A stretch of 28,067 nt of DNA from Bdellovibrionota bacterium (GCA_044356215.1 JBIKWQ010000045.1:1-28067), one strand, 5' to 3'. Counted from the first letter of the stretch, positions 1-9,901 are shown. The notes: generated by a model from the sequence alone, not told the origin. Numbers and translations: made by a program.

Positions 1-7
1 CTTTGGC

Positions 8-91
8 TTTTGAATTTTCGGTGCTCACCCTGACGGTGCCAGGGTTGCGCTCCGAAAAATTCAAAAATCCTGCGTGCTTTTGAGCATCTGC
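8..91. repeat. Palindromic REP/MITE-like element, probably truncated at the window start
   Basis: TTTTGAATTTTCGG (8-21) pairs with CCGAAAAATTCAAAA (52-66) around an inner CCCTG/CAGGG stem. It is followed by TTTTGAGCATCTGC, which resembles an IS-type end. It lies downstream of btuD. Confidence 0.5.
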
Positions 92-184
92 ACCATTTTC
101 ATCCTCCTTAACTGCTCTTTTTAGGTTAAATTTACTTTCGTCTCTATTAATTTTCGCCCCTCTACTGCTTAAACCTAAAAGAGG

Positions 185-943
185 TTAAATAGGAACCACT
201 ATTGATCCCGCGAGACTTGCGTGTTCAAGCCGCGCGAATCCACACTGATATGCCCTCTCAAGATGCCTCAAGGCAGCGTTATCCGTCGCCGCACCGGACC
301 AAGCGCACTTACCGCCGGACATAACTAAGAGCCTAGAACAACACCTAAGAGCTAATGAGATATCGTGTGTGACTAAAATATAAGAGAGACCCAATTGATC
401 CCGACAGAATTTTAGCACTCGCTCAACCTGAGCCCTTCCGCTCGGATCAAGATTCGCGGTCGGCTCGTCTAGCAGCAAAAGCTTAACCCCTTGAGCTACC
501 GCACCAGCTATTATCACCCGCTGCAGTTCCCCTCCACTAAGCTCTGGAAGGAGTCGTGGACCCAAATCACCTATTAAATGAGCTACCTCACTAGCGGCAT
601 TTTTATCACCCAACCCACTTAACTCGAGGTACTCTGAAACTGTGAACCCTGGAAGAAACTCCATCCTCTGCGGCACCAAGCTCACTAATCTAGCTAGCGA
701 CTCTACAGGCTCACTTTTCACTTCATGGTTTAATATCTTAGACGATCCAGAGTAATCTCTGTATAACCCGCAAAGAATCCTAAGTAGCGTTGTCTTGCCA
801 GCTCCGTTCGGACCGACAACCGAGAGGCACTCCCCGGAAGATAAAGATAGACTGAGATCTGACAGGAGAGCTTTACGGCGTAAAGAAAGAGAGAGTCCCT
901 TTAGCTCTATTATATTCTGAGGTGTTTTGACTGATTCGCTCAT
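185..943 (-). CDS. btuD: ABC transporter ATP-binding protein (cobalamin/iron-siderophore type, BtuD/FepC-like)
   Basis: Walker A GPNGAGKTT, signature LSGGE, Walker B LLLLDEP and H-loop VTHD; third gene of the btuB operon. Confidence 0.8.
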   Translation of the reverse strand: MSESVKTPQNIIELKGLSLSLRRKALLSDLSLSLSSGECLSVVGPNGAGKTTLLRILCGLYRDYSGSSKILNHEVKSEPVESLARLVSLVPQRMEFLPGFTVSEYLELSGLGDKNAASEVAHLIGDLGPRLLPELSGGELQRVIIAGAVAQGVKLLLLDEPTANLDPSGRAQVERVLKFCRDQLGLSYILVTHDISLALRCCSRLLVMSGGKCAWSGAATDNAALRHLERAYQCGFARLEHASLAGSIVVPI

Positions 944-997
944 GAGAAATGGTGCTAAGCTGAATATTTTTTAGGCTGCAAGGATAACGGCGACTCC

Positions 998-1873
998 CTA
1001 GTCGCACAAGACCCTAGCTAAGTCTTCTAGTAACTGCACATACCTTGGCCCCGGAATACTGGCGTAGTCTGCCGCCAAAACTAAAACATCTCCTCGCGCC
1101 ACAGCCGGCAGATTGGGAAACTGATTCCAGAACTCACGGTGACGTGATAGATCGCCGCTATCATCGACGTTAACGATATCAATTATGAAATCCGGCGAGA
1201 GCTTAAGCAGCCCCTCAGTAGAGATAGTTGGAATAGCCGCGGTGCTTCCCTGATACATATTCGTGGCCCCAATAACTTTCAGTATATCACTATAGAAACC
1301 GTCTGAGCCTGAGATATAGAGCCCAGTATTTTCGCTCCCCTCGCGGGTTCTGCCGACTACCACCAAAACCCGTTTATCTGCCGGCTGTGTCGTGGAGCCG
1401 CACAACCTCCTGAAACGATCCTCTCGCTTATTTAGCTCCGCTAAACGCGCTTTCGCTTTTGCCTCCAAGTCGCACCGCCTCGCGACTTCTAAATAGCTCT
1501 CTTTAATTCCACTAAGCGATGTGTGGTCAAGCAGCACCGTCTCGATCCCAAAACGCTTCAAGGGTCTTACCACCTCCTGCCCCTCCTTAAGCGCGAAGAC
1601 TATAGTGGGCCGCTTAGTGATTATCTGCTCCAGATTTAAATCTAGATAACCACCTACTCGCGGAATGTCATTAGCTTTTGTCGGGTATCGACAGAACCGT
1701 GTCGCGCCAACTATTCGGTCTTCTAAACCTAGATCGAAGAGAAGCTCGGTTACACTCGGAGCTAAAGAGACTACAGAGCCACACCTATCGAGCCCGTAGG
1801 CGACGTCCTGAAACAGGAGCATCGCGAATATCGCCGTTGCCGAGCAAAAACTAGCGTAAGCGAGGTTTTGCAT
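998..1873 (-). CDS. btuF: Periplasmic cobalamin-binding protein (BtuF-like, helical-backbone metal receptor)
   Basis: VVSLAPSVTELLFDLG, IVGATRFCRYP and IPGPR motifs. The start is more likely ATG 1873 (MQNL) than 1897, which overlaps btuB. Confidence 0.85.
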   Translation of the reverse strand: MQNLAYASFCSATAIFAMLLFQDVAYGLDRCGSVVSLAPSVTELLFDLGLEDRIVGATRFCRYPTKANDIPRVGGYLDLNLEQIITKRPTIVFALKEGQEVVRPLKRFGIETVLLDHTSLSGIKESYLEVARRCDLEAKAKARLAELNKREDRFRRLCGSTTQPADKRVLVVVGRTREGSENTGLYISGSDGFYSDILKVIGATNMYQGSTAAIPTISTEGLLKLSPDFIIDIVNVDDSGDLSRHREFWNQFPNLPAVARGDVLVLAADYASIPGPRYVQLLEDLARVLCD

Positions 1874-1886
1874 CGTCTTCCTAGCT

Positions 1887-3812
1887 CTACAGATCAACCT
1901 TTACCCCTCCATAAGCTGCAGCGCCCATCGTTCCGTATCCTAGCACCTCTTGGTACTCTTGATCAAAGAGGTTATCGATCCGGCTGAAGATCTCTACTGT
2001 ATTATTTAATTTGTAAGATGCCGCGATGTCCACCAAGCCATATCCGCCAAGAGAGATACGCGCGGGAGGATAGGCATTAAAGTCGTTATCAAACCTTGAG
2101 CTGTAGACACGCCACTGTAGCTGCGTTCTGAAACGCTCAGTTGGTTTATACACAAGAGTTAATGAGTTCTTGTTTCGTGGCCGCCGCAAGAGCGCCTCTC
2201 CAGTCGAATCGTTCTGTGAATCGGTGTATGTGTAGGCCAAACGGAGAGATACTGAATTAGAGAGATCACAATTTGATCCCACCTCGATACCCTGAGTGGT
2301 TGCTTGGCTTATGTTCTCGAGGATAAAGGTGGATGGATTAAATGTTATTAACTCATCGTAGCTACTTCTAAAAAATGTAAGCGAGCCGCTTAAGCTATCA
2401 GTTATCTCTTGGTCTACTCCTACATCCCATCCCGTTACGGTTTCAGCTTTTAGATCGCGGTTTCCATAGCTTGAGTAGAGCTGCACAAGAGACGGCGCCT
2501 TAAAGCCTGTTCCTACCGAACCACGAAGCTTGGTTGAATCTGAGACATGCAGCGCTGGCGCCACTTTGAATGTCGTACGCCCGCCGAAGATCGAGTGATT
2601 GTCGTGACGAACTCCAGCGTCGATATAGGCCCGCTCGTTGTAAGAAGCGCGCGACTCCAAGTAAAAGCTGTTAGTGCGAGCCCCCGAGCCGTAGAAATTA
2701 TCCTCGAACGGCCCAAAGGCACCATCAGAGCGGTAGCTCGAACTAGCTCGCTCGCCCTGAGTCTCTGCGCCGATTACTGAATTAAAAATTTTGCTAGGTT
2801 CCCATTTAGCGCGCGAACCAACTGTGACTATATCTCCGTGATAATTTGAATCGAGAGTCTCGATAGATTTAGCGTCAGGTGAATTAACATCATCTAGCGA
2901 GTGCCGTGTGTAAGCGATGTAAGCTGAAGGCGTGAGTGTATTATTAAGATACTTAGCGCTGATATCTCCACGGGTGAAGAACTCTTCGTTACGGATCCAA
3001 CGATTCGGATCATCAAAGCCAGCTCCTCCGCCGTTATCTAAATTAGAATGAGACTTAGTATAGCGAAGAGTGTTTGTTGCCTCATAGCCCTTTAACGGCT
3101 CAAAGCGGATTCGATTTGAGAACGAGGTGTTTTGATAGTCATCCTGCTCTTTGTTTCCGTAACGAGCGTCGGCTGAAGAGATGCCGCCGATATCTTGGCG
3201 TGTAATACCTGTGGAGACATCAAACTTATCTCCACCGTAAGAGACGTTACCTAACTGAGTAAACGAATTGTACGAACCTGCTTCAGAGCTAACGTTAGCT
3301 TTTACACCCTTACTAGCTTTCTTTGAGATCAGATTAATCACTCCACCCATCGCATCAGAGCCGTATACTGTACTCTGCGGGCCACGCACGACCTCGATGC
3401 GCTCGATGTTTTCCAAGGTCAGATTGGCCAAATTAAACGAACGATTCGCTGTGGCTGGATTGTTGAGTTCAATTCCATCTAGAAGTACTAAGGTGTGATC
3501 ACTATTACCTCCGCGGAGAAACACACCCGCATTTCCACCATTTCCACCACTCTGAACAACATCAACTCCGGGAACCTGCTTAATCGCATTGAGTGCGTTC
3601 CTGTATTGCCCGTCTTTTAAATCTTGATTCGTTAAAACAGAGACCGAACTTCCTGAGTTCTCTAGCTCGCTCTCAAGCATGGTGCCGGTAACAACAACGA
3701 CCTGCTTAGCTTCTTTGGTTGTATCAGTAAGATCTTGAGACAACGCCACGCTGGGTAGCGTTATAGCTGAAGCGAGCGTGACGAGACGGAGTGTGCGATT
3801 TAGACGCGACAT
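1887..3812 (-). CDS. btuB: TonB-dependent cobalamin receptor
   Basis: Signal peptide, TonB box VVVTG, plug motifs LRGGNSDHTLVLLDG and IERIEVVRGPQSTVYGSDAMGGVINLI, and C-terminal barrel NLFDQEY. It lies downstream of a B12 riboswitch. ATG 3812 has an AAGGGGT RBS. Confidence 0.9.
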   Translation of the reverse strand: MSRLNRTLRLVTLASAITLPSVALSQDLTDTTKEAKQVVVVTGTMLESELENSGSSVSVLTNQDLKDGQYRNALNAIKQVPGVDVVQSGGNGGNAGVFLRGGNSDHTLVLLDGIELNNPATANRSFNLANLTLENIERIEVVRGPQSTVYGSDAMGGVINLISKKASKGVKANVSSEAGSYNSFTQLGNVSYGGDKFDVSTGITRQDIGGISSADARYGNKEQDDYQNTSFSNRIRFEPLKGYEATNTLRYTKSHSNLDNGGGAGFDDPNRWIRNEEFFTRGDISAKYLNNTLTPSAYIAYTRHSLDDVNSPDAKSIETLDSNYHGDIVTVGSRAKWEPSKIFNSVIGAETQGERASSSYRSDGAFGPFEDNFYGSGARTNSFYLESRASYNERAYIDAGVRHDNHSIFGGRTTFKVAPALHVSDSTKLRGSVGTGFKAPSLVQLYSSYGNRDLKAETVTGWDVGVDQEITDSLSGSLTFFRSSYDELITFNPSTFILENISQATTQGIEVGSNCDLSNSVSLRLAYTYTDSQNDSTGEALLRRPRNKNSLTLVYKPTERFRTQLQWRVYSSRFDNDFNAYPPARISLGGYGLVDIAASYKLNNTVEIFSRIDNLFDQEYQEVLGYGTMGAAAYGGVKVDL

Positions 3813-3982
3813 AGATGGACCCCTTTTAGGCCTCATAGAGCCAACCGCAGGCGCAGACGGAGCTGTACCCGTGGGGACACATGAGGGAACAAGTAGTTGT
3901 GTGTACTAATATTTTTACCGCATCCCCAATCCACGAGGGCTACGATCGAACTAGCTCTGAACCAAAACTGCTCAAAGCTACC

Positions 3983-4176
3983 AACACGAGAAGGTCTTCT
4001 GGCTCCCGGCGACTACCTTTTATTAAGCGCCTCCTTCCCATGCTGACGTTAACTCAAACACAGTGGAGTGATCGCGCCTAAATCTGCTGCTAATTTTAGC
4101 GGCAACGAAGTTAGCGACTCGGATACAGCGGCGGGACCGCGACGGAATTTCACCGTTCTTCCCTGGCGCTCGTGTC
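3983..4176 (-). promoter_or_regulatory. Cobalamin (AdoCbl) riboswitch
   Basis: The minus strand reads AGGGAA-GAACGGTGAAATTCCGTC-GCGGTCCCGCCGCTGTA ... CCACTG ... TGGGAAGG ... GAGCCAGAAGACC (B12 box). It is closed by the GACACGAG/CTCGTGTT stem and lies upstream of btuB. Confidence 0.93.
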
Positions 4177-4183
4177 GAGGTAA

Positions 4184-4212
4184 CGAGTAACAGGGTGAGG
4201 GGGATGTGTCAA
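4184..4212 (-). promoter_or_regulatory. Candidate sigma70 promoter of the riboswitch/btu operon
   Basis: Perfect TTGACA (4212-4207), a 17-nt spacer ending in TGn and a weak -10 TACTCG, immediately 5' of the riboswitch. Confidence 0.5.
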
Positions 4213-4229
4213 TTAAGGAAGTGTGGCTG

Positions 4230-4390
4230 CAGGGAGTAGCATTTCTTTATCACCACAGAGGACGCAGAGGACACAGAGAACGGCCATTTTATGGGCAATT
4301 ATGGGGTTTTCTCTGTGTCCTCTGCGTCCTCTGTAGTAAAATATTTCACTAATTATCCCAGCTGCTTACCATAAACTCTGCGACTCCTTG
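4230..4390 (-). mobile_element. MITE-like element, copy 1 (degenerate, opposite orientation)
   Basis: 161 bp with ends CAGGGAGTAGCA/TGCGACTCCTTG and an inner palindrome at 4252-4280/4309-4337. It is the reverse complement of copies 2-4. No clear TSD. Confidence 0.85.
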
Positions 4391-4410
4391 GTCATGACGA
4401 AATCGGCATA

Positions 4411-4425
4411 CCCCCCCCCCCCCCC
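4411..4425 (+). repeat. Poly-C tract (C15)
   Basis: 15 consecutive C upstream of the AAA ATPase gene. Confidence 0.9.
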
Positions 4426-4473
4426 ATCCTGAAAAAACTAGCATCCTTTATATTTCCGTGGTATAAGTAAAGG

Positions 4474-5640
4474 ATGCTAACACGTGAAATTAACTTACCT
4501 AAATTACACAGTTTTTTTCTGTTCGGTGCTCGTCAAACCGGTAAAACAACGCTTCTAAACGAGGTTTTTGAGCCAATTTCTACTAAGACCTACAACCTGC
4601 TTCGTGGAGAGGATTACACCCGGTTGATCGTTAATTCTTCGCTCTTTAGAGAGGAGGTCCTGGCTCTTCCGGATTCAGTTTCTCACGTTATTGTCGATGA
4701 GGTTCAGCGTGTGCCTGAACTACTGAATGAGATTCATGACCTTTTGAATCAAAACTGCCCAAAAAAATTCATCATCACTGGATCAAACGCGAGGAAACTC
4801 AAGCGAAACAGAGCTAATTTGCTTGCTGGTCGCGCCCTAAACTATCGGCTATTTCCCCTCTCCTATTTTGAGCTCAGCAGTGAGTTCAAACTAGACACAG
4901 CGCTGGCGTTCGGCACCTTGCCACATATTCATATCACTAAGGACGTATCTGAAAAGGCCAGGCTACTTAGAAGCTATTTGGAGGTATATCTTCACGAAGA
5001 GATAGAAGCGGAAGCCCTATCAAGAAACATAGGCGGCTTCATAAGATTTCTAGCGGTTGCCGCGCAAACTAATACCGAGATATGCAATTTCGCGAATATC
5101 AGCCGAGATGTGCAGCTCAATCCTGTTACCGTAAAGGAGTATTTCAAAATAATCGAAGATACCTTAATCGGATCTTTCTTGCTTCCGTTCAGTCATTCGA
5201 TCAGAAAGAAGCACAAGACCAGCCCTAAGTTTTACTTCTTTGACACTGGAGTCGTCAGAGCGGCGGAACAAAAACTGCGAGCACCGCTCGTTTCCGGCAG
5301 CTTTGAATACGGAAAATACTTCGAATCATGGTTTATCAACGAAGTAATTAAGATCAACCATTATAGGGAGAAAGATTGGCACCTTTCGTTTTTGAGAACT
5401 GCTAACGATGTAGAGCTCGATCTGATTATCGAGACTCCTCACGGAGAGGTGATCGGAATTGAGATCAAGAGCAAAACAGCCCCGAGTGAGGTCGATTTCT
5501 CATCGGCTTTTTCCGCCCTTAAAAGATTGGTACCCAAGGCGCGCTGTGTCTGCGTCTGCACAGGATCTTCCGCCAGGAAAGTGGGAAGCTACGAAGTCCT
5601 TCCCTATGATCTTATGCTGAAAGAGCTTGCCGCGATTTAG
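4474..5640 (+). CDS. AAA+ ATP-binding protein (AAA_14 + DUF4143, C-terminal PD-(D/E)xK-like motif)
   Basis: GARQTGKTT, VIVDEVQ, ITGS, LAGR, KFYFFDTG, FES and ELDLI..IEIKS motifs. Confidence 0.85.
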   Translation: MLTREINLPKLHSFFLFGARQTGKTTLLNEVFEPISTKTYNLLRGEDYTRLIVNSSLFREEVLALPDSVSHVIVDEVQRVPELLNEIHDLLNQNCPKKFIITGSNARKLKRNRANLLAGRALNYRLFPLSYFELSSEFKLDTALAFGTLPHIHITKDVSEKARLLRSYLEVYLHEEIEAEALSRNIGGFIRFLAVAAQTNTEICNFANISRDVQLNPVTVKEYFKIIEDTLIGSFLLPFSHSIRKKHKTSPKFYFFDTGVVRAAEQKLRAPLVSGSFEYGKYFESWFINEVIKINHYREKDWHLSFLRTANDVELDLIIETPHGEVIGIEIKSKTAPSEVDFSSAFSALKRLVPKARCVCVCTGSSARKVGSYEVLPYDLMLKELAAI

Positions 5641-5664
5641 GGAAGAACCGCAAAACCTCGCAAC

Positions 5665-6723
5665 CTACCTCTCGCCCTTACGGGTATGCGCAAAGAGCTC
5701 TTTGCTGACCACAGGGTTACTGATGTGCCAGATACACCCATCTATGAAGTAGTGATGGATGTTAATACAAGCCGCTATCGCGAGCCAAAAACTATTCGTC
5801 CCATTTGTCGACCATTGAGCTATCTTAGGTATTACGGCGAAGATTAAAGCGCTCGTTAGAATTAATGCCACGGAATATCCGAGCATAACGCGCCAGTTCT
5901 TCGCCTCTGATGTATCCTCGTAACCGTGAGCTCTGTTCAACTCTACCCTTAGTGGGAACGGTAGATATTGCAAGGCGTGAAATATCTGGACCCAGAAAAG
6001 GGACTGCGGAAATACATATAGGAAAGCGTACCAGGTGTGTAATGCCAGATACGGGGTCACAACACGCATCGGCACTGGACGTCCGAGCCTTTTACCCATA
6101 CGCCAGAAGCAGAGCAAGCCGCCAAAAAGCGAAACAGCAGCGCCACAGTTTAGAATTACGTCGATTACTCGAACATAACTGGAATATTCCGCTGCCGGTG
6201 GCCACAAGATCTTGGCTCCCCAAACAACATGCCAAAACGCCATGAATCTGAGGAATCTCCTCAATACAACCCGCTCATCTGGTTCGAATCGAACTCCCTC
6301 TAATGCAGCGAAGGTACTCGTTACTCCCCACGCTTGTCCGGTGTAGTGCAGGGCTAGATACAACGTCGCTACTATGGTTAAAAGATCCAGTGGGGCCGTT
6401 ACTCCGTCGTAGCTGCGGCATATGATCACCGCGGCCACAGAATAAGCTAGAAGGATGCCGGGAAGATAAAAGGATGCCCAGGGATACTTCGCGGCGTAGG
6501 CGCGAGACGAATAGAGCAGCCGGTACGAGGCCATGAAGTGAGTTCCGTTTAGCAAGACGGTCAAAACGAGAAAGTTTTGCAGTAGGAGATCGGTCGAGCC
6601 TAGTAATCCGAATAGACTTAGAGCCCCAAGAACCAGTATCGACAACCCTCCCGCTAGCCAGATGTCGGATTTAGAGTTAATGATGTTCCGGTTGGAATAA
6701 GTTGAGGTCGCTTTCACGCTCAT
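5665..6723 (-). CDS. Uncharacterised polytopic membrane protein with His motifs
   Basis: About 8-9 hydrophobic segments; motifs HFMASY, HYTGQAWG, HALQY and HHYFIDGCIW. Confidence 0.7.
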   Translation of the reverse strand: MSVKATSTYSNRNIINSKSDIWLAGGLSILVLGALSLFGLLGSTDLLLQNFLVLTVLLNGTHFMASYRLLYSSRAYAAKYPWASFYLPGILLAYSVAAVIICRSYDGVTAPLDLLTIVATLYLALHYTGQAWGVTSTFAALEGVRFEPDERVVLRRFLRFMAFWHVVWGAKILWPPAAEYSSYVRVIDVILNCGAAVSLFGGLLCFWRMGKRLGRPVPMRVVTPYLALHTWYAFLYVFPQSLFWVQIFHALQYLPFPLRVELNRAHGYEDTSEAKNWRVMLGYSVALILTSALIFAVIPKIAQWSTNGTNSFWLAIAACINIHHYFIDGCIWHISNPVVSKELFAHTRKGER

Positions 6724-6769
6724 GCGGATTATCTTCCTTGTATCTTTAGTTTTGATTCCAACTTGAAGC

Positions 6770-9700
6770 CTAACCTAAAATCTCGGCCAGGTCATCGGCC
6801 CCGATAATCTTATCATCGTCCGGCAACATCCACGCACCAGGACCAAGCTCTCGACTTGATAGGTATTCGAGTACCTGATCTATGGCGTCATTCACTTGAG
6901 GCGGCTCAACTATCCCAAGTCGCTGAAAGGCACGCCCCTCGTACTTGCAGAGATACTCGATGAGCTGCATCCATCCGATCGCTTTAGTTTGAGCGCCTCC
7001 CGAAGTGCTCAGAGTCAGCGAGTGCCTCACATGACTCCCATCTACCGTAGCCACGACTACGGGACAATCTGCGGTAATGAATCCCACCAGATCATTTATC
7101 GCCATATCCCCAAGTTGGTTACCTATACACTGATAAATGAATCGCTCACGGAATTTAATCGCTTTCCCAGCAGACGCTGTGTAGTGAGCTTTTGCACGGT
7201 AAAAGAGCTCCTCATCCTCGGGCCCATACACGACCGCGGCATGCCCTTTCCCCTTTGCTATGTGTAGATTGCTCTTTTCATTCGTGAATCTTAGATGCGC
7301 AGCACGACTAATTATTCCGGCTATGTTTTTCTCAGCTACTACATCACGGTTCACTATCTCGACCGTCTGTACTGTACCCTCGGCACCCAGCCAATAGGCC
7401 TTACCGCTCGCCTCAAAAAGAACCGTTGCTGGGATGAACAATCGTCTCCCGGAGTGACCAAAAGCCTCGCTCAGCACGTGAAGATAAGTCACCGTTTCAT
7501 TCAAGGGATCCACCGGCGAAAGAAGAGCAAAAAGCGCTGAGGTATCCAGAATCAAAATCGGTTCATCATCGCGCGGAAGTACTTCCCGAGCCTCGGCTTC
7601 CCTTTTTTTCTGGGCTCTATCCCTGAGCTGAGCTTCCTGCCGTTCCTTCTGCTCTCTCTGCTCCTGAGCCCTCTGCTCAGCGTCTCCTGCGCTCTCGATG
7701 AGGCGCCGTTGATACTCTGAATGCTTAGAGAGCGCCTGTTCAAATTTATACCACTCTCTTTTCTCTGGTGTGACAGATATATTTATCGCCGCCGAATCAT
7801 GAATAATCCGCTCTATTTCTCCCTTGCTGTTAACCTCAAGCTTAAAGCCACTCTCCCCCATTTTTTCGGTGGCATCTCTAATCCTAAAATCGGCAACTGC
7901 TCGGCGGCAGTGGTCATATAGCTCTTCAAAAATCCTTTCTTTTTCTTTAAATTGTTTCGGTGATAAGTAGAAAGCCGCCCTTGGTTCTTCCTTTGGAATA
8001 ACCAAACAGCGACCATCACCTACATCCCATTCAAGGATCAAGTTTCTAAAAGAGTCTTGCAGTTCCGAAAACCAATCAGGTTGAGCCGCTCTGGAACTAG
8101 CGGTCGAAGAACCTGATTCGCCCTTATCTGCCCGCTTCCTTAACTCGTCTTTGATAATCCGCTTGGTGTTAGTGTCTTCGAGCCGATGAACTATGCGCCT
8201 TAAGAATTTCTCATGCTCCCTCTTGCCAACCTCAGGCTTTCCGCTTGGCCGTAATAGTGTAGCTACATAGCCAGAGACTTCGTTTTGAGCTAAACAGATC
8301 GATCCGATCAACACACATAGCTTAGAATCGCTCAAAAAAATATCTGTTATCTGCTCTCGTAAGTAGGGGCTCCCGTGATAAAACTCGCTAAGTCTTTGCG
8401 TCAGCCCCTCTAAAAAATCTTCGCTCGGATTAGGATAGTTTGCGAGATATTTGGTGCTTGAAAGAGCGTGTGTTTCGGCAAGTCGTGTCAGATTCTCTGG
8501 GGAGTATACAACTTCAACTAATTCCTTGATTGCAGGATCGCCACAGCTTTCAAGTGCTTTACCTCTATAGTCCAGTAACTCATACGTTTTCATAAGCTCT
8601 AGGCACGCGGCCTTCGCCGACTGCAACTCAGCTCTTACACCGGCTTTTTCCAGTCTTTGTATTAAATCCGCGGCGTTTGATAGGAGCGGAGGAATTTGAT
8701 GTGTACTGTGAAACTCTTTTAGCCGCTGCAATTTCGCTATAGCCGCCGCATTGGCTCTTTCCTCCTCCGCGATTTTGATCCGATTATCAAGTTGCCGCTC
8801 AAGCTCGGCTTGCTCCTTGGCTTTCTCCTCCTGATTTTTCCAGACTGAAACCGCCTTATCGACGGCTCCATCTACAAACTCTATTATCTGAGGGCGGTTC
8901 TTAATCTCAAAGAACTTCTCGCCATTTAGACTCGGGACAAACTCTGGACCTAGCGCATTTATATCGCATAGCAAATTCAAAATGCTTTTGTATGCCACTC
9001 GAACGATGCCAGAGGCCTCGGGCGATAAGGGAGCCGACAGCTTTTGGTTTCTAATCAGCAACGACAGAGACTCTATCTTCAAGCATTTAGTAAACTGAGC
9101 CTGCAAATTTTCTGCAAAAAGCCGAACAGTTTTTTGACTTTCTAACGAAAGTGCTCTAAACAATTGCATATCAGGGAGCTCATTGTTTGACGACAAAAGT
9201 GAGCTTTGCTTTGACTTCGTAGAGTAAGAGCTGTCAAGCACCATGCGAATAAACGACTCGATTTGGTGCTCTTGGCCCTGAGGCGAATTTAGCTTCGATG
9301 CAATTTTAGTGAAGTGCTCGGGGGCTAAGGTCACATAGAACACCAAAGCGAGCTCAGCGAAGACCATTCCATTCATTGATCTCTTTTGCTTGGCAGAACT
9401 AAGATCACCGTCAGCCTGATTAGCTTGCATATAAAGCTGATAGCCATACAAGGCTAGTATTAGAATAGGATTGCCAAGAGCCCGATTAAGCCGTCTATGC
9501 ACTACATCAAATTCACCCTGCGTTGCTTCTTTAATCTTAGAACTGGATACGAGTTGATTAGCCCATTGACTAAAATCATCATGCTTACCTTGAAAAAAAA
9601 TCTTTACGAGTTCAACGCGCATGATATCGGCCATGCTCAATCGAATGTTCGTGAGCTCCACCCAACTCTCCGCTTCCTCAGCTTTATTTGACTCGAGCGT

Positions 9701-9901
9701 TTTCGCTGATAGATGCCACGTTGTAACTTGGACTTTATCTTCCAAGTCAATCCTATACTGCTCGTCGAGCGCGACCCATAAAACTGGAAGCAATTCACGG
9801 AGCTGGCGGTCTAATACTAGATGCAGTTCGGTGAAGCTGATTTGTTCAGCTCGATTCTCTTCTTGTTGCCCCGTGTTTTTGGTAAGCTTTTTTGAAATCA
9901 T
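6770..9901 (-). CDS. Large hypothetical protein with coiled coils and a putative C-terminal PIN-like domain
   Basis: 1043-aa ORF with E/Q/R/K-rich coiled-coil stretches; ILILDTSALF...IPATVLFE...GDMAI...VATVDG pattern near the C-terminus. Confidence 0.65.
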   Translation of the reverse strand: MISKKLTKNTGQQEENRAEQISFTELHLVLDRQLRELLPVLWVALDEQYRIDLEDKVQVTTWHLSAKTLESNKAEEAESWVELTNIRLSMADIMRVELVKIFFQGKHDDFSQWANQLVSSSKIKEATQGEFDVVHRRLNRALGNPILILALYGYQLYMQANQADGDLSSAKQKRSMNGMVFAELALVFYVTLAPEHFTKIASKLNSPQGQEHQIESFIRMVLDSSYSTKSKQSSLLSSNNELPDMQLFRALSLESQKTVRLFAENLQAQFTKCLKIESLSLLIRNQKLSAPLSPEASGIVRVAYKSILNLLCDINALGPEFVPSLNGEKFFEIKNRPQIIEFVDGAVDKAVSVWKNQEEKAKEQAELERQLDNRIKIAEEERANAAAIAKLQRLKEFHSTHQIPPLLSNAADLIQRLEKAGVRAELQSAKAACLELMKTYELLDYRGKALESCGDPAIKELVEVVYSPENLTRLAETHALSSTKYLANYPNPSEDFLEGLTQRLSEFYHGSPYLREQITDIFLSDSKLCVLIGSICLAQNEVSGYVATLLRPSGKPEVGKREHEKFLRRIVHRLEDTNTKRIIKDELRKRADKGESGSSTASSRAAQPDWFSELQDSFRNLILEWDVGDGRCLVIPKEEPRAAFYLSPKQFKEKERIFEELYDHCRRAVADFRIRDATEKMGESGFKLEVNSKGEIERIIHDSAAINISVTPEKREWYKFEQALSKHSEYQRRLIESAGDAEQRAQEQREQKERQEAQLRDRAQKKREAEAREVLPRDDEPILILDTSALFALLSPVDPLNETVTYLHVLSEAFGHSGRRLFIPATVLFEASGKAYWLGAEGTVQTVEIVNRDVVAEKNIAGIISRAAHLRFTNEKSNLHIAKGKGHAAVVYGPEDEELFYRAKAHYTASAGKAIKFRERFIYQCIGNQLGDMAINDLVGFITADCPVVVATVDGSHVRHSLTLSTSGGAQTKAIGWMQLIEYLCKYEGRAFQRLGIVEPPQVNDAIDQVLEYLSSRELGPGAWMLPDDDKIIGADDLAEILG

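Noticed and set aside
3881..4081. 66-aa plus-strand ORF
   Set aside because: It is antisense to the cobalamin riboswitch and leader
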